DNA of 64,000 nt from assembly GCA_036383995.1 (NCBI GenBank), contig DASVNG010000029.1, forward strand, positions 2,351 to 66,350. Direction: 5' to 3'. A program made the translations under genes and the position numbers. A model generated the notes under the pieces. That model worked only from the letters and a program-made list of their open reading frames with translations, was not told the DNA's origin and made no database searches. Below are positions 1-9,514 of this stretch, one piece after another. Source of the DNA: Pseudoxanthomonas sp. (lineage in GTDB: Bacteria; Pseudomonadota; Gammaproteobacteria; Xanthomonadales; Xanthomonadaceae). Numbering within the stretch: the first letter of the stretch is position 1; the number at the start of each line of letters is the position of its first letter.

Positions 1-300
1 AATGAAAGAGTGGGCTTTCGCGCCATCGCGCGAGTCACTTTTCTTTGCTTGTGCAAAGAAAAGTAACCAAAAGAAAGCACACCCCGGCGGTGCGCCCTCC
101 GCGCTGCGCGCTGCGGGTCCGCAAGCAGGCCCGGAATTTTCGGAAGGCACATCCCTGTGCCGTCCGAAAACGTCGCGCATCCTGCGCGACGCCCTTCGGG
201 TTTGTCCGGGCCTGCTTGCCGCACCTCAGGGGCCCCGGACCACCAAGAGCAACAGCCGGAGCCAGAGCAACAGCAAGCGCAAGCGCGGTCTTCAAGCATC
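1..300. repeat. Structured multi-hairpin intergenic repeat element with an AGC/GCA-rich tail
   Basis: Perfect 14-bp inverted repeat gcaagcaggcccgg (121-134) / ccgggcctgcttgc (206-219). It encloses smaller hairpins, e.g. cgtcgcgca-tcc-tgcgcgacg at 171-191. The tail at 238-290 (agagcaacagc-type) resembles the tract in the 35618-35729 element. Track ORFs 2..331 and 45..503 look like translated repeat DNA. Confidence 0.5.
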
Positions 301-330
301 TATTTCCCCATTTCTGGGCTACGGCACCTG

Positions 331-3300
331 ATGCCGACTCCGCTGCGCCGTCGTTTGCGGCTGGCGCGTCGTGGCGTGTGGTACGTCGCGGCCGGGGTGC
401 TGGTGTGCATGGCGCTGGTGCTGGGCGTGGCCAGTCAGGTGCTGCCGTTGGCCGAAAGCCATCCGCAGCAGATCCAAGACTGGTTGAGCGCGCGAGCCGG
501 TAGGCCGGTGGCGTTCGATCACGTGACTACCGAATGGACGCGCCGCGGCCCCTTGTTGCGGCTGGACGGGTTGCGGTTGGGCGAAGGCGACTCTGTGGTG
601 CGCATCGGCGAAGCGGAGGTGCTGGTGTCGATGTACGCGGGCCTGCTGCCGGGGCGTTCCTTCACCGAGCTGCGCCTGCGCGGATTGTCGCTGACCCTGC
701 AGCGCGCCAACGACGGTACCTGGTCGGTACTCGGATTGCCGGGACAGAAAACCGTCGGCGATCCATTGAAGAATCTAGAAGGACTGGGCGAGTTGCAAGT
801 GATCGACGGCAAGCTGTCGGTGCTGGCGCCGACGCTGGGCTGGAACGTGCAGGTACCGAAGATTGATCTGCGTTTGCGCGTGGATGGCGACCGCGTGCGC
901 GCCGGCACCCGCGTGTGGATACGCAAGGAGGGCGCGCCGGTGCAGGTCGCGTTCGACTTCGATCGCAGCAGCGGCGATGGCCGCGCTTACCTGGATGCGC
1001 AGGCGGTGGACATGGCGGGGTGGACTTCCTTGCTGCGCTATGCCGGCGTTACCGCCGACTCCGGCGTGGGGCGCGTGCAGGGTTGGGTTGAATTGCGCAA
1101 GCGGCGTGTGGTCCTGGCCACTTCGGAATTGAAGTTGCGGCAGGTGGGCCTGCGCGGCGCTGCTCTGGCGGACGGCGGCAGCGTGCCGCGCGTGCATTTC
1201 GACCGGGCGGAAGGCCGGGTGCGCTGGCGCCTCACACGCAATGGCTGGCGCTTCGACGCGCCGCAACTATTGGTGGGCGACCAGCAGGCGCCGCAAAGGC
1301 TCGACGGGCTGGTGCTCGCGGGCGGTCAGGAATACGCCTTGCTGGCCAACCAGATCGATGCCGCTCCCCTGTTCTCGTTGATGGGGTTGAGCGACCGTGT
1401 CGATCCTGGCCTGCGCCGATGGCTGTCTCAGGCCAAACCCGGCGCCCGTCTGGCCGGTGTGGCCCTGACCGGAAGCCGCGCGGTGGGCATGCGCGCGCAG
1501 GGGCGGCTGGAAGGCATCAGTTTCCTAACGGTGGGCCATTCGCCCGGCCTCAACGGGCTGGCGGGCGAATTCGTCGGCGACGAGCAGGGCTTCGTATTGA
1601 AGCTGGACCCCAAGACCGCTTTCCGCTTCGACTGGCCTACCGGCTTCGGCGTAGTCCATGAAGTGAAACTGGAGGGTTCCCTGGCGGGGTGGCGCGAAGG
1701 CGCGGGCTGGCGGGTGGGTACTTCGGCGTTGCGGATTCGGGGCAAGGATTTCGGCGCCCAGGCGCGAGGCGGATTGTGGTTCCAGGGCGACGGCACGCGG
1801 CCGTGGATCGACATCGCCGCCGATATCGACGAAACGCCGGTATTGGCCGCGAAGGGATTCTGGATACACGACAAGATGTCCAAGGCCACGGTGGATTGGC
1901 TCAATCGCGCGCTGGTCGGCGGCAAGGTGCGCAACGGGCGCGCGATCGTCTCCGGCGATCTGGACGACTGGCCGTTCACCCGCAACAACGGACGCTTCGA
2001 AGCGGTGGCGCGGATCGAAGGCGGGCAGTTCAAGTTCCAGCCCGATTGGCCGGCGATGGATCAGGTGAGCGCGGACATCGCATTCATCGGCAACGGCTTC
2101 TCCATCGAAGGCCAGGGCGCGTTGGCGGGCGTGCGCATAGACCAGTTCAAGGCCGGCATTCCCGAGTTCTCCAAAGCGGAGTTGTCGGTCGGCGCGCGCG
2201 GCGGTTCCGACGCGGCGCAGATGCTGGCGATGTTGCGGCAGTCGCCGCTGCAGAAGAAGTACGGCGACACCCTGACCAGCCTGACCGCCAGCGGTCCCGC
2301 GCGCGCCAGCTACGAGATGCTGCTGCCCTTGCATGCGCAGAGCACGGCGGCAAAGAAAACCCGTGGCACGGTCGAATTGTCCGGCGCGCACCTGGCCGAC
2401 AAGCGTTGGAACCTGGCCTTCGAGAATGTGCGCGGCACCGCCGATTTCGATGACGACGGTTTCGCTGCCGAGAAGCTCGCGGTCAGCCAGAAAGCGCAAT
2501 CGGGCGCTGTCCAGCCCGGCCAGCTTTCCCTGCGCGCCGGCAGTGGCGTGCGCGACAAGCAGCATGCTTTCGAGGCCGAGCTGTCTGCGAACCTGTCTGC
2601 ATCGGAACTCCTGGACCGCGTGCCCGAGATCGCCTGGCTAAAGCCTTACGTGGAAGGGCGTTCGCAATGGACGGTCGGGGTGACCATGCCGCAAGGCGGG
2701 GCAGCCGGCATGCCCAGCAGACTGAACCTGCGTTCGGACCTGGTGGGCACCACGCTCAAGCTGCCCGCGCCGCTGGACAAGCCGGCCTTGCTGGCGCTGC
2801 CGACCACCGTGCAGACCTCGATGCCGATGGGTGCCGGCAATATCGATGTCGCTTTCGGAAAGCTGCTGGCCTTGCGCGCGCGGGGCAGCGGCCGGCAGAG
2901 CGGCGTGCGCGTGGTCCTGGGCAGCAACACGGTGACCGATGCGGCGCCTGCCTCGGGCCTGGTCGCCAGCGGCCGAACGGCTTCCCTGGATGCGATCGAG
3001 TGGATCGCCCTCGCCAAGAGCGGTAGTGGCGATGGCAGCAGTCTGCCCCTGCGCCGCATAGACGTCACCGCCGATCGTTTGCTGCTGTTGGGCTCGGCGT
3101 TCCCGGACACGCGTCTGCAAGTCGTACCTTCCGGCAATGCGCTGGCGGTATCGCTGACGGGTCCGGCGCTGGCCGGCTCGGTGCAGGTGCCCGACGCGAA
3201 GGGCGCGACGATCACGGGCAAGTTCGCACGTCTGTATTGGCGCTCGGCATCGCCAGGCAAGCCCGGCGCCGTCGATGCCGCTGCCGCCGACGTCAGCGAT

Positions 3301-4170
3301 CCGTTCGATCCGGCTTCCGTTCCCCCGCAGAGTCTGGATATCGACGACCTGCGCTTCGGCGATGCCCGCCTGGGCAGCGCGCAGCTGCGCACGCAGCAAA
3401 CCGCCGCCGGCATGCGCGTACAGCAGCTGGCATTGCGATCGCCCAAGCAGAAGATCGACATCCAGGGCGACTGGCTGGGGCGCGGCGCGGCCGCGCGCAC
3501 CCAGCTGACCGCCGATATCGACAGCCAGGACCTGGGCGGCTTGCTGGACGATCTGGGAATCAAGGGCCGGTTGGGCGGCGGTTCGGGCAAGGTGAAGTTC
3601 GACGCCAACTGGTCGGGCAGTCCGGTTGCGTTTTCGCTATCGACCATGCAGGGCAATCTGCACATCGCCGCGCGCAACGGCCAGCTGTTGGAAGTCGAAC
3701 CCGGTGCCGGACGGGTGCTGGGACTGCTCAGCCTGACCCAGCTGCCGCGGCGGATGATGCTGGACTTCCGCGATTTCTTCTCCAAGGGTTTCGCCTTCAA
3801 CCGCATCGACGGCAACGTGCGTTTCGGCGCCGGCGTGGCGCGCAGCGAGGACATGGTGATGGACGGCCCCGCCGCGCAGATCAATATCCGCGGCAGCACC
3901 GACCTGCGCGCGCAGCGCTTCGATCAGACCATCGAAGTGCTGCCCAAGTCGGGCAATCTGCTGACCGTGGTGGGCGCGGTGGCGGGCGGTCCGCTGGGCG
4001 CGGCGATCGGCGCGGCCGCCAATGCCGTATTGAAGAGGCCGCTGGGCGAAATCGGCGCCAAGACCTATCGCGTGACCGGGCCGTGGAGAGACCCCAAAGT
4101 GGAGGTCGTCGGCCGCGAGCAGTCGCAGGTGCAAGCGGTCGGGACGGCTAACACGGCTGGGGCGCTTTGA
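331..4170 (+). CDS. yhdP: YhdP/AsmA2-family large envelope protein (TIGR02099-like)
   Basis: ATG at 331 is in frame with track ORF 157..4170; the upstream part runs into repeat DNA. N-terminal TM helix VWYVAAGVLVCMALVLGVA, 1279 aa. It sits immediately upstream of tldD, as yhdP does in E. coli. Confidence 0.8.
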   Translation: MPTPLRRRLRLARRGVWYVAAGVLVCMALVLGVASQVLPLAESHPQQIQDWLSARAGRPVAFDHVTTEWTRRGPLLRLDGLRLGEGDSVVRIGEAEVLVSMYAGLLPGRSFTELRLRGLSLTLQRANDGTWSVLGLPGQKTVGDPLKNLEGLGELQVIDGKLSVLAPTLGWNVQVPKIDLRLRVDGDRVRAGTRVWIRKEGAPVQVAFDFDRSSGDGRAYLDAQAVDMAGWTSLLRYAGVTADSGVGRVQGWVELRKRRVVLATSELKLRQVGLRGAALADGGSVPRVHFDRAEGRVRWRLTRNGWRFDAPQLLVGDQQAPQRLDGLVLAGGQEYALLANQIDAAPLFSLMGLSDRVDPGLRRWLSQAKPGARLAGVALTGSRAVGMRAQGRLEGISFLTVGHSPGLNGLAGEFVGDEQGFVLKLDPKTAFRFDWPTGFGVVHEVKLEGSLAGWREGAGWRVGTSALRIRGKDFGAQARGGLWFQGDGTRPWIDIAADIDETPVLAAKGFWIHDKMSKATVDWLNRALVGGKVRNGRAIVSGDLDDWPFTRNNGRFEAVARIEGGQFKFQPDWPAMDQVSADIAFIGNGFSIEGQGALAGVRIDQFKAGIPEFSKAELSVGARGGSDAAQMLAMLRQSPLQKKYGDTLTSLTASGPARASYEMLLPLHAQSTAAKKTRGTVELSGAHLADKRWNLAFENVRGTADFDDDGFAAEKLAVSQKAQSGAVQPGQLSLRAGSGVRDKQHAFEAELSANLSASELLDRVPEIAWLKPYVEGRSQWTVGVTMPQGGAAGMPSRLNLRSDLVGTTLKLPAPLDKPALLALPTTVQTSMPMGAGNIDVAFGKLLALRARGSGRQSGVRVVLGSNTVTDAAPASGLVASGRTASLDAIEWIALAKSGSGDGSSLPLRRIDVTADRLLLLGSAFPDTRLQVVPSGNALAVSLTGPALAGSVQVPDAKGATITGKFARLYWRSASPGKPGAVDAAAADVSDPFDPASVPPQSLDIDDLRFGDARLGSAQLRTQQTAAGMRVQQLALRSPKQKIDIQGDWLGRGAAARTQLTADIDSQDLGGLLDDLGIKGRLGGGSGKVKFDANWSGSPVAFSLSTMQGNLHIAARNGQLLEVEPGAGRVLGLLSLTQLPRRMMLDFRDFFSKGFAFNRIDGNVRFGAGVARSEDMVMDGPAAQINIRGSTDLRAQRFDQTIEVLPKSGNLLTVVGAVAGGPLGAAIGAAANAVLKRPLGEIGAKTYRVTGPWRDPKVEVVGREQSQVQAVGTANTAGAL

Positions 4171-4177
4171 GGTCTTT

Positions 4178-4335
4178 CCTTCTCCCATCGGGAGAAAGTG
4201 GCTCGAAGCGACGGATGAGGGAGGGAGAACGACTCGCCGGTAAGTTTCGCTACAAGCTGAGTTCCCATTCCCTCATCCGCCCCCGTATCAAGTACGGGGC
4301 AGGCTCTACAGGCACCTTCTCCCGATGGGAGAAGG
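4178..4335. repeat. MITE-like composite palindromic element, copy 1 (variant)
   Basis: Terminal hairpins ccttctcccatcgggagaa (left) and ccttctcccgatgggagaagg (right). Internal gatgagggag / ccctcatc arms and a ccccgtatcaagtacgggg module. Lies between the yhdP stop and the tldD start. Confidence 0.8.
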
Positions 4336-4381
4336 AACAGCCAGCTTGCCTTTACTTCATTCAACCCCAAACTAGTCCCCT

Positions 4382-5827
4382 ATGACCAATTCCTCCCTGG
4401 CCTTAGCCGAAACCCGCCTCCTTCTCCCCGCCGGCCTCGACCAGCAAGGCCTGCATCGCGCCTTCGGCACCCTGCTCGGTCCCGGCATCGATTTCGGCGA
4501 CCTGTATTTCCAGCATTCCCGGCGCGAGAGCTGGACGGTGGAAGACGGCATCGTCAAGGACGGCGCGCATTCCATCGACCAGGGCGTGGGCGTGCGCGCG
4601 ATCTCCGGCGAGAAGACCGGCTTCGCTTATTCCGACGACATCAATCCGCAGGCGCTGCTGAGCGCGGCCGGTTCGGCGCGCGCCATCGCCCGCGACGGCA
4701 GTTCGCATGCGCCGCATGCGCTGGTGCGCGGCGGCGGCCGTGCGTTGTACTCCAGCGACGATCCCATCGATGCGCTGGACAACGACGCCAAAGTGGAAAC
4801 CCTGCGCGTGGTCGACAAGCTGCTGCGCGCGGCCGATCCGCGCGTGCAGCAGGTGACCGTGAGTCTGGCCGGCGGCGTGGACACGGTGCTGGTGGCGCGC
4901 AGCGACGGCGTGCTGGCCGCCGACGTGCGTCCGCTGGTGCGCATGAACATACAGGTGATCGTCGAACAGAATGGTCGCCGTGAATCGGGCTACGCCGGTT
5001 TCGGCGGACGCTACTCGTATGCGGAATTGTTCGGTGGCGGCAAGCCGGAACAGTTCGCTCGCGAAGCCTTGCGCCAGGCGCTGGTGAATCTGGAAGCGGT
5101 GGACGCGCCGGCCGGGATGATGCCGGTGGTGTTGGGTTCGGGCTGGCCGGGCGTGTTGTTGCACGAGGCCGTGGGCCACGGTTTGGAGGGCGACTTCAAC
5201 CGTAAGGGCACGTCGACTTATGCGGGCCGCATGGGCCAGCGCGTCGCTTCGCCGGGCGTGACCATCGTCGACGACGGCACGCTACCGGGGCGCCGCGGTT
5301 CGTTGAACGTCGACGACGAAGGCACTCAGACCAATTGCACCACCTTGATCGAGGACGGCGTGCTGGTGGGCTACATGCAGGACACGCTCAACGCGCGGCT
5401 GATGGGCGTTGCGCCCACCGGCAACGGCCGCCGCGAATCCTTCGCCCACCTGCCGATGCCGCGCATGACCAATACCTACATGCTGGCCGGCCAGCACGAT
5501 CCGCAGGAGATGATCCGTTCGGTCAAGAAAGGTTTGTACGCGGTGAACTTCGGCGGCGGTCAGGTCGACATCACCAGCGGCAAGTACGTGTTCTCGGCCA
5601 CCGAGGCCTACCTGATCGAGGACGGCAAGATCACCGCACCGGTGAAGGGCGCCACGCTGATCGGCAATGGTCCTGAGACCATGCAGAAGGTGAAGATGAT
5701 CGGCCACGATCTGGCGCTGGACGCCGGCGTGGGCGTGTGCGGCAAGGACGGGCAGAGCGTGCCGGTGGGCGTGGGGCAGCCTTCGTTGCTGATCGAGGGC
5801 ATTACCGTGGGTGGGACGCGGGCTTGA
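4382..5827 (+). CDS. tldD: Metalloprotease TldD
   Basis: 481 aa with the [12 protein letters not shown] zinc-protease motif; ATG start. yhdP-tldD synteny matches E. coli. Confidence 0.95.
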   Translation: MTNSSLALAETRLLLPAGLDQQGLHRAFGTLLGPGIDFGDLYFQHSRRESWTVEDGIVKDGAHSIDQGVGVRAISGEKTGFAYSDDINPQALLSAAGSARAIARDGSSHAPHALVRGGGRALYSSDDPIDALDNDAKVETLRVVDKLLRAADPRVQQVTVSLAGGVDTVLVARSDGVLAADVRPLVRMNIQVIVEQNGRRESGYAGFGGRYSYAELFGGGKPEQFAREALRQALVNLEAVDAPAGMMPVVLGSGWPGVLLHEAVGHGLEGDFNRKGTSTYAGRMGQRVASPGVTIVDDGTLPGRRGSLNVDDEGTQTNCTTLIEDGVLVGYMQDTLNARLMGVAPTGNGRRESFAHLPMPRMTNTYMLAGQHDPQEMIRSVKKGLYAVNFGGGQVDITSGKYVFSATEAYLIEDGKITAPVKGATLIGNGPETMQKVKMIGHDLALDAGVGVCGKDGQSVPVGVGQPSLLIEGITVGGTRA

Positions 5828-5842
5828 GCGGCCTTTGCTCTT

Positions 5843-5965
5843 CCCTTCTCCCTTCGGGAGAAGGTGCCCGAAGGGCGGATGAGGGTACGGCGAAGTCCAG
5901 AATGTTTGAAGCCTCTTGGCTTCGCCGTACCCTCACCCCAACCCCTCTCCCGATGGGAGAGGGGC
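5843..5965. repeat. MITE-like composite palindromic element, copy 2
   Basis: Left arm cccttctcccttcgggagaaggtgcccgaagggcggatgagggtacgg; right arm ccgtaccctcaccccaacccctctcccgatgggagaggggc. Fills the convergent tldD/yjgA gap and abuts the yjgA stop codon. Confidence 0.85.
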
Positions 5966-6513
5966 TAAAGCGCGTCCTCGTCCTCGCCTGCTTCGTTCTC
6001 CGACAACAGCTCGCGCAACTCGCGGAACAACTCGCGGAACGCATGCGGCGGTTTGTTCTTCTTGCGCTCTTCGCCCGCGTTGCGCACCAGTTGGCGCAGG
6101 TGCTGGCGGTCGGCGGTCGGGAACTCGGACAGCAGGTCGGCCAGCGCGGCGTCGCCGTCCTCCAGCAGGCGCGCGCGCCAGGTTTCCACCTTGTGCAGGA
6201 CGGCGGTTTCGCGCCGGGCCGCATCGCCGCCTACTTCCATCGCATCGCGGATCGCATCCAGGGTCTCGTCGCTTTCCCGCCGCATCTGCTTGGCCAGGAA
6301 CTGCAGCTGCCGCTTGTGCGCGATGTGCGAAGTGATGCGCTGGGTTTCGTGGATGTGTTCCAGCAGCTCTTCGGGAATCGGCAGCTTGCCCAGATGGGCC
6401 GGCGCCAGGGCGACCAGTTTTTCCGCCAAGCTGCGGATGTCCAGCGCTTCGCGCCGTTGTTCACTGCGGCTGGGGCCCAGGAATTCGCCGGTCTCCGGGT
6501 CGGTTCCACGCAT
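5965..6513 (-). CDS. yjgA: Ribosome-associated protein YjgA (DUF615/DarP)
   Basis: ATG at 6513 ([10 protein letters not shown]...). C-terminal [34 protein letters not shown] matches the E. coli YjgA pattern. Divergent from pmbA, as in E. coli. Confidence 0.85.
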   Translation of the reverse strand: MRGTDPETGEFLGPSRSEQRREALDIRSLAEKLVALAPAHLGKLPIPEELLEHIHETQRITSHIAHKRQLQFLAKQMRRESDETLDAIRDAMEVGGDAARRETAVLHKVETWRARLLEDGDAALADLLSEFPTADRQHLRQLVRNAGEERKKNKPPHAFRELFRELRELLSENEAGEDEDAL

Positions 6514-6530
6514 GTTCGTTCTCCAAAACT

Positions 6531-7910
6531 TTGTTACAGGATAAGCCATTGAACGCAATCGCCGATTTTTCCGCCGATGACAGCCTGACCCGACTGGACG
6601 CGCTGGAGAGCTTGTCGGCGCGCCTGCTGGACCGCGCCCGCGCCGCCGGCGCCAGCCAGGCCGAGGTCAGCTGCAGCGAAGACCGTGGCCTCAACGTCAA
6701 CGTGCGCATGGGCGCGGTGGAAACCGTGGAATCCACCCGCGACCGCAGCATCGGCGTCACCGTGTACTTCGGCCAGCGCAAGGGCAGCGCCAGCACCGCC
6801 GACCTGCGCGAAGAGAGCCTGGACGCCACGGTGGCGCAAGCCTGCGCCATCGCCCGCTACACAGAGCACGACGAAGCCGCCGGCCTGGCCGACGCGGCGC
6901 TGATGGCCACCGACTTCCCGGACCTGGACGCCTGGCATCCCTGGGCGCTGGAGGCCGATCACGCCATCGACCTGGCCCTGGCCTGCGAATCTGCGGGGCG
7001 CGGGTTCGATTCCCGTATCGCCAATTCGGACGGAACCTCGGTCGGCAGCGGCGAAAGTGTTTCCGTCTATGCCAATTCGCACGGATTCTTCGGCCGCGAC
7101 CGCAGCACCCAGCATTCCATCGGCTGCGCGCTGATCGCCGGACAAGGCGAAGACATGCAGCGCGACGGCTGGTACAGCAGCGCGCTGTCGCGCGACGGAT
7201 TGGAAGCGCCCGTTGCGATAGGCCGCCATGCGGCCGAGCGCACGCTGGCGCGCCTGTCGCCGCGATCGGTGGCCACCGGCCAGTATCCGGTGCTGTTCGC
7301 GGCCGAAGTCGCGCGCTCGCTGATCGGGCACTTGCTGGGCGCGGTTTCCGGCGGGGCCCTGTACCGGCGCGCCAGTTTCCTGCTGGACCATGCCGGCAAA
7401 CGGATATTCCCGGACTGGTTCGCCATCGAAGAGTTGCCGCTGCTGCGCGGCGGGCTGCGCTCGGCGGCCTTCGATGCCGAAGGCGTGGCGACCCGTCAGG
7501 CGCCGCTGGTGAGCGGGGGCGTATTGCAGCGCTATGTGCTGGGAAGCTATTCGGCCCGCAAGCTGGGCCTGCGGACCACGGCCAATGCGGGAGGCGTGCA
7601 TAACCTCAAGGTCGCCGCCAATGCGGGCGGTTTCGAGGAAATGGTGGGCGGCCTGTCCAACGGGCTGCTGGTCACCGAACTGATGGGGCAGGGTGTGAAC
7701 CCGGTCACGGGCGATTACTCGCGCGGTGCGGCCGGGTTCTGGGTGGAGAACGGCGCCATCGCCTATCCGGTGGATGGCATCACCATCGCCGGCAACTTGA
7801 AGGACGTATTCGCCGGTATCGAAGCGGTGGGCTGCGATGTGGACCCGCGGTCCCATATCAGCTGCGGTTCGGTCCTAGTGGGCAGGATGACCGTCGCGGG
7901 CGGGGATTAA
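6531..7910 (+). CDS. pmbA: Metalloprotease PmbA (TldE)
   Basis: 459 aa, colinear with E. coli PmbA ([25 protein letters not shown]). The start is uncertain: no ATG is available, so TTG at 6531 or TTG at 6549. Confidence 0.9.
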   Translation: MLQDKPLNAIADFSADDSLTRLDALESLSARLLDRARAAGASQAEVSCSEDRGLNVNVRMGAVETVESTRDRSIGVTVYFGQRKGSASTADLREESLDATVAQACAIARYTEHDEAAGLADAALMATDFPDLDAWHPWALEADHAIDLALACESAGRGFDSRIANSDGTSVGSGESVSVYANSHGFFGRDRSTQHSIGCALIAGQGEDMQRDGWYSSALSRDGLEAPVAIGRHAAERTLARLSPRSVATGQYPVLFAAEVARSLIGHLLGAVSGGALYRRASFLLDHAGKRIFPDWFAIEELPLLRGGLRSAAFDAEGVATRQAPLVSGGVLQRYVLGSYSARKLGLRTTANAGGVHNLKVAANAGGFEEMVGGLSNGLLVTELMGQGVNPVTGDYSRGAAGFWVENGAIAYPVDGITIAGNLKDVFAGIEAVGCDVDPRSHISCGSVLVGRMTVAGGD

Positions 7911-8005
7911 CGTTTTTCTGGACATGAGGTGTCGTGCGGCTGTAGTGTCGCCACGGTTAGCCTGCCGCACCACCCACACCCACCATTCCTAAAGGGAAGA
8001 AAGAA

Positions 8006-8383
8006 ATGAGTGAATTCGATAACGTGACCGCCCCACCGCCGGCGCCCTCGGGCGAGGCACCGCAGGAAGACAGGACCATCGGGTTGCTTACGCACCTGTC
8101 CGGCATCATCGCCGGTTTCATCGTTCCGCTGATCATCTGGCTGATCAACAAGGACAAGCCGGAAAAATCCTGGCTGACCGACCAGTCCAAGGAAGCGCTC
8201 AATTTCCAGATCACGCTGCTGATCGTGTACGTGATCGGCATCATCCTTTCGGTGATCCTGATCGGCGCGCTGATCAACCTGATCGCCTGGATCGCCTGCA
8301 TCGTCTTCAGCATCATCGCCGGTCTGGCCGCCAACAAGGGCGAAGCCTACCGTTACCCGTTCGCGCTGCGTCTGATCAAGTAA
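8006..8383 (+). CDS. DUF4870-like small inner-membrane protein
   Basis: 125 aa; ATG preceded by agggaaga. Two or three TM helices (LSGIIAGFIVPLIIWLI, ITLLIVYVIGIILSVILIGALINLIAWIACIVFSII) with the KS.L.DQSKEALNFQIT motif typical of DUF4870. Confidence 0.7.
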   Translation: MSEFDNVTAPPPAPSGEAPQEDRTIGLLTHLSGIIAGFIVPLIIWLINKDKPEKSWLTDQSKEALNFQITLLIVYVIGIILSVILIGALINLIAWIACIVFSIIAGLAANKGEAYRYPFALRLIK

Positions 8384-8403
8384 TCCGGAAATACCGTTTC
8401 CGC

Positions 8404-8437
8404 ACGAAGGCCCGGCTAGTCCGGGCCTTCGTCGTTT
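8404..8437 (+). terminator. Stem-loop terminator after the DUF4870 gene
   Basis: Perfect 12-bp stem acgaaggcccgg / ccgggccttcgt with a 5-nt loop, followed by cgttt. The U-tract is short, so it may be weak. Confidence 0.55.
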
Positions 8438-8473
8438 GCGGGGCCCGTATTCACGTTACTTTGCGGCCAGCTC

Positions 8474-9424
8474 TCAGGATCCAGCCTCAGGCTTGCCTGT
8501 TAGGAGGCTCATTTTGTGCAGTGCATCAAGCATCTCGGGAGGTATTGAGTTGTCCTTAGGCCACCCGCGGTGAGAGAAAATCAATTGCCGATCCTTGTAA
8601 AAATAGAATGTTGGTACGCGGGAGAAGTCAATTCCCGGCCATTTTGAGTTGTCGTACGCAATAGCTATCTTTTGCCGAGGAAATTGCCGATTCCAGCTTC
8701 TGATTTCCACAAGGTCAAGCTCTTTGCTTGCCGCGGCAAGCCAAATTGCATTTCCCCTTATAAAAGCATCTCTAACCAGCACATTGCTATCAATAGACTT
8801 CGCCGCCTTATCAGAGGTTCGGCAGCCAGAAACTACAATGATTCTGTAGCGCGCATCCATAGCTATGTTCTGCAATGAAAGCTCGTCCTCGTTAGTAGAC
8901 AGAAAAAGCGCAGCAGGGCCGTCAGCGGCCAACTGAGAATCGGAGCTCAGACGAGGAACTACAAGACGACCGTCCACGAATTCGTTAGCTCGTAGCGCAC
9001 GCGCTTGTTCCCATTGCCTGGATGCTATAAGAGACTTGAGAATATCGAGCGTTTCACCGTGCCGCTCTACCCCCCTTCGCCTAAGTTCCGCGTAGGTAAC
9101 TTGCATCGAAGAAAGGTAAAGCTGCGTATCTTTATCACCATAAGTCAGAACGTAGTTGTAGACCAATTCTGCCGCACTGAAGATCGCCCTAAGGTCGTTG
9201 GTTTCAACTGTGCCTGGGTTTTGTATCGACGAGGATGTTTGTGAAAAAACATCCTTCAATCTCTGGAGTTTTGTCTCGTTGCTATCTTCCCTTGCTTTAC
9301 TGATGTCTATTAGCTCGGCAAGAGCCAGTTGAATTTGAGAGAGATCTGAAGCGAATCCATTGTTCGATATGGAGCAAAACATGACAAGCAGAAAGAAGAT
9401 CGGTATCCGAGTTCGCGCGCGCAT
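8474..9424 (-). CDS. Secreted hypothetical protein with C-terminal thioredoxin-fold-like domain (CxxS variant); low-GC islet gene
   Basis: 316 aa from ATG 9424 (GTG 9433 alternative). Signal peptide MRARTRIPIFFLLVMFCSISNNGFA. YRIIVVSGCRTSDKAAKSI (beta1 then C-R-T-S) and RVPTFYFYKDRQLIFSHRGW (cis-Pro loop plus strand) fit a thioredoxin fold. A long ORF in ~42% GC DNA is unlikely to arise by chance. Confidence 0.65.
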   Translation of the reverse strand: MRARTRIPIFFLLVMFCSISNNGFASDLSQIQLALAELIDISKAREDSNETKLQRLKDVFSQTSSSIQNPGTVETNDLRAIFSAAELVYNYVLTYGDKDTQLYLSSMQVTYAELRRRGVERHGETLDILKSLIASRQWEQARALRANEFVDGRLVVPRLSSDSQLAADGPAALFLSTNEDELSLQNIAMDARYRIIVVSGCRTSDKAAKSIDSNVLVRDAFIRGNAIWLAAASKELDLVEIRSWNRQFPRQKIAIAYDNSKWPGIDFSRVPTFYFYKDRQLIFSHRGWPKDNSIPPEMLDALHKMSLLTGKPEAGS

Positions 9425-9456
9425 AGTAGCCACAACTTGGTAAGAATTGAGTGGAA

Positions 9457-9486
9457 CCCACTTAAGTAGTCTTGCACTTAAGTGGG
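9457..9486. promoter_or_regulatory. Perfect 11-bp inverted repeat between the two islet genes
   Basis: cccacttaagt - agtcttgc - acttaagtggg. Each half contains CTTAAG. Located 29 nt downstream of the 183-aa gene stop and 33 nt upstream of the 316-aa gene ATG. Confidence 0.5.
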
Positions 9487-9514
9487 GCCACTAGCAATTG
9501 ACAGCTATGATTCG

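Noticed and set aside
2-503. Track ORFs 2..331, 35..295 and 45..503 at the window start, plus the 157-330 N-terminal extension of yhdP.
   Set aside because: They lie in hairpin-rich repeat DNA and encode low-complexity peptides. yhdP has a sensible ATG at 331 followed by its TM helix.
5737-6552. ORFs translated through MITE/REP copies, e.g. 5737..6552, 4167..4385, 15392..15592, 49430..49540 (extension of yffB), 51060..51260, 53083..53286, 53250..53510 and 61528..61653 (extension of rlmB).
   Set aside because: The recurrent peptides (LLPSGEGARRADEG, PHPNPSPxGRGA) are translations of the repeat arms in several frames and strands. They are not conserved as proteins, only as DNA palindromes.
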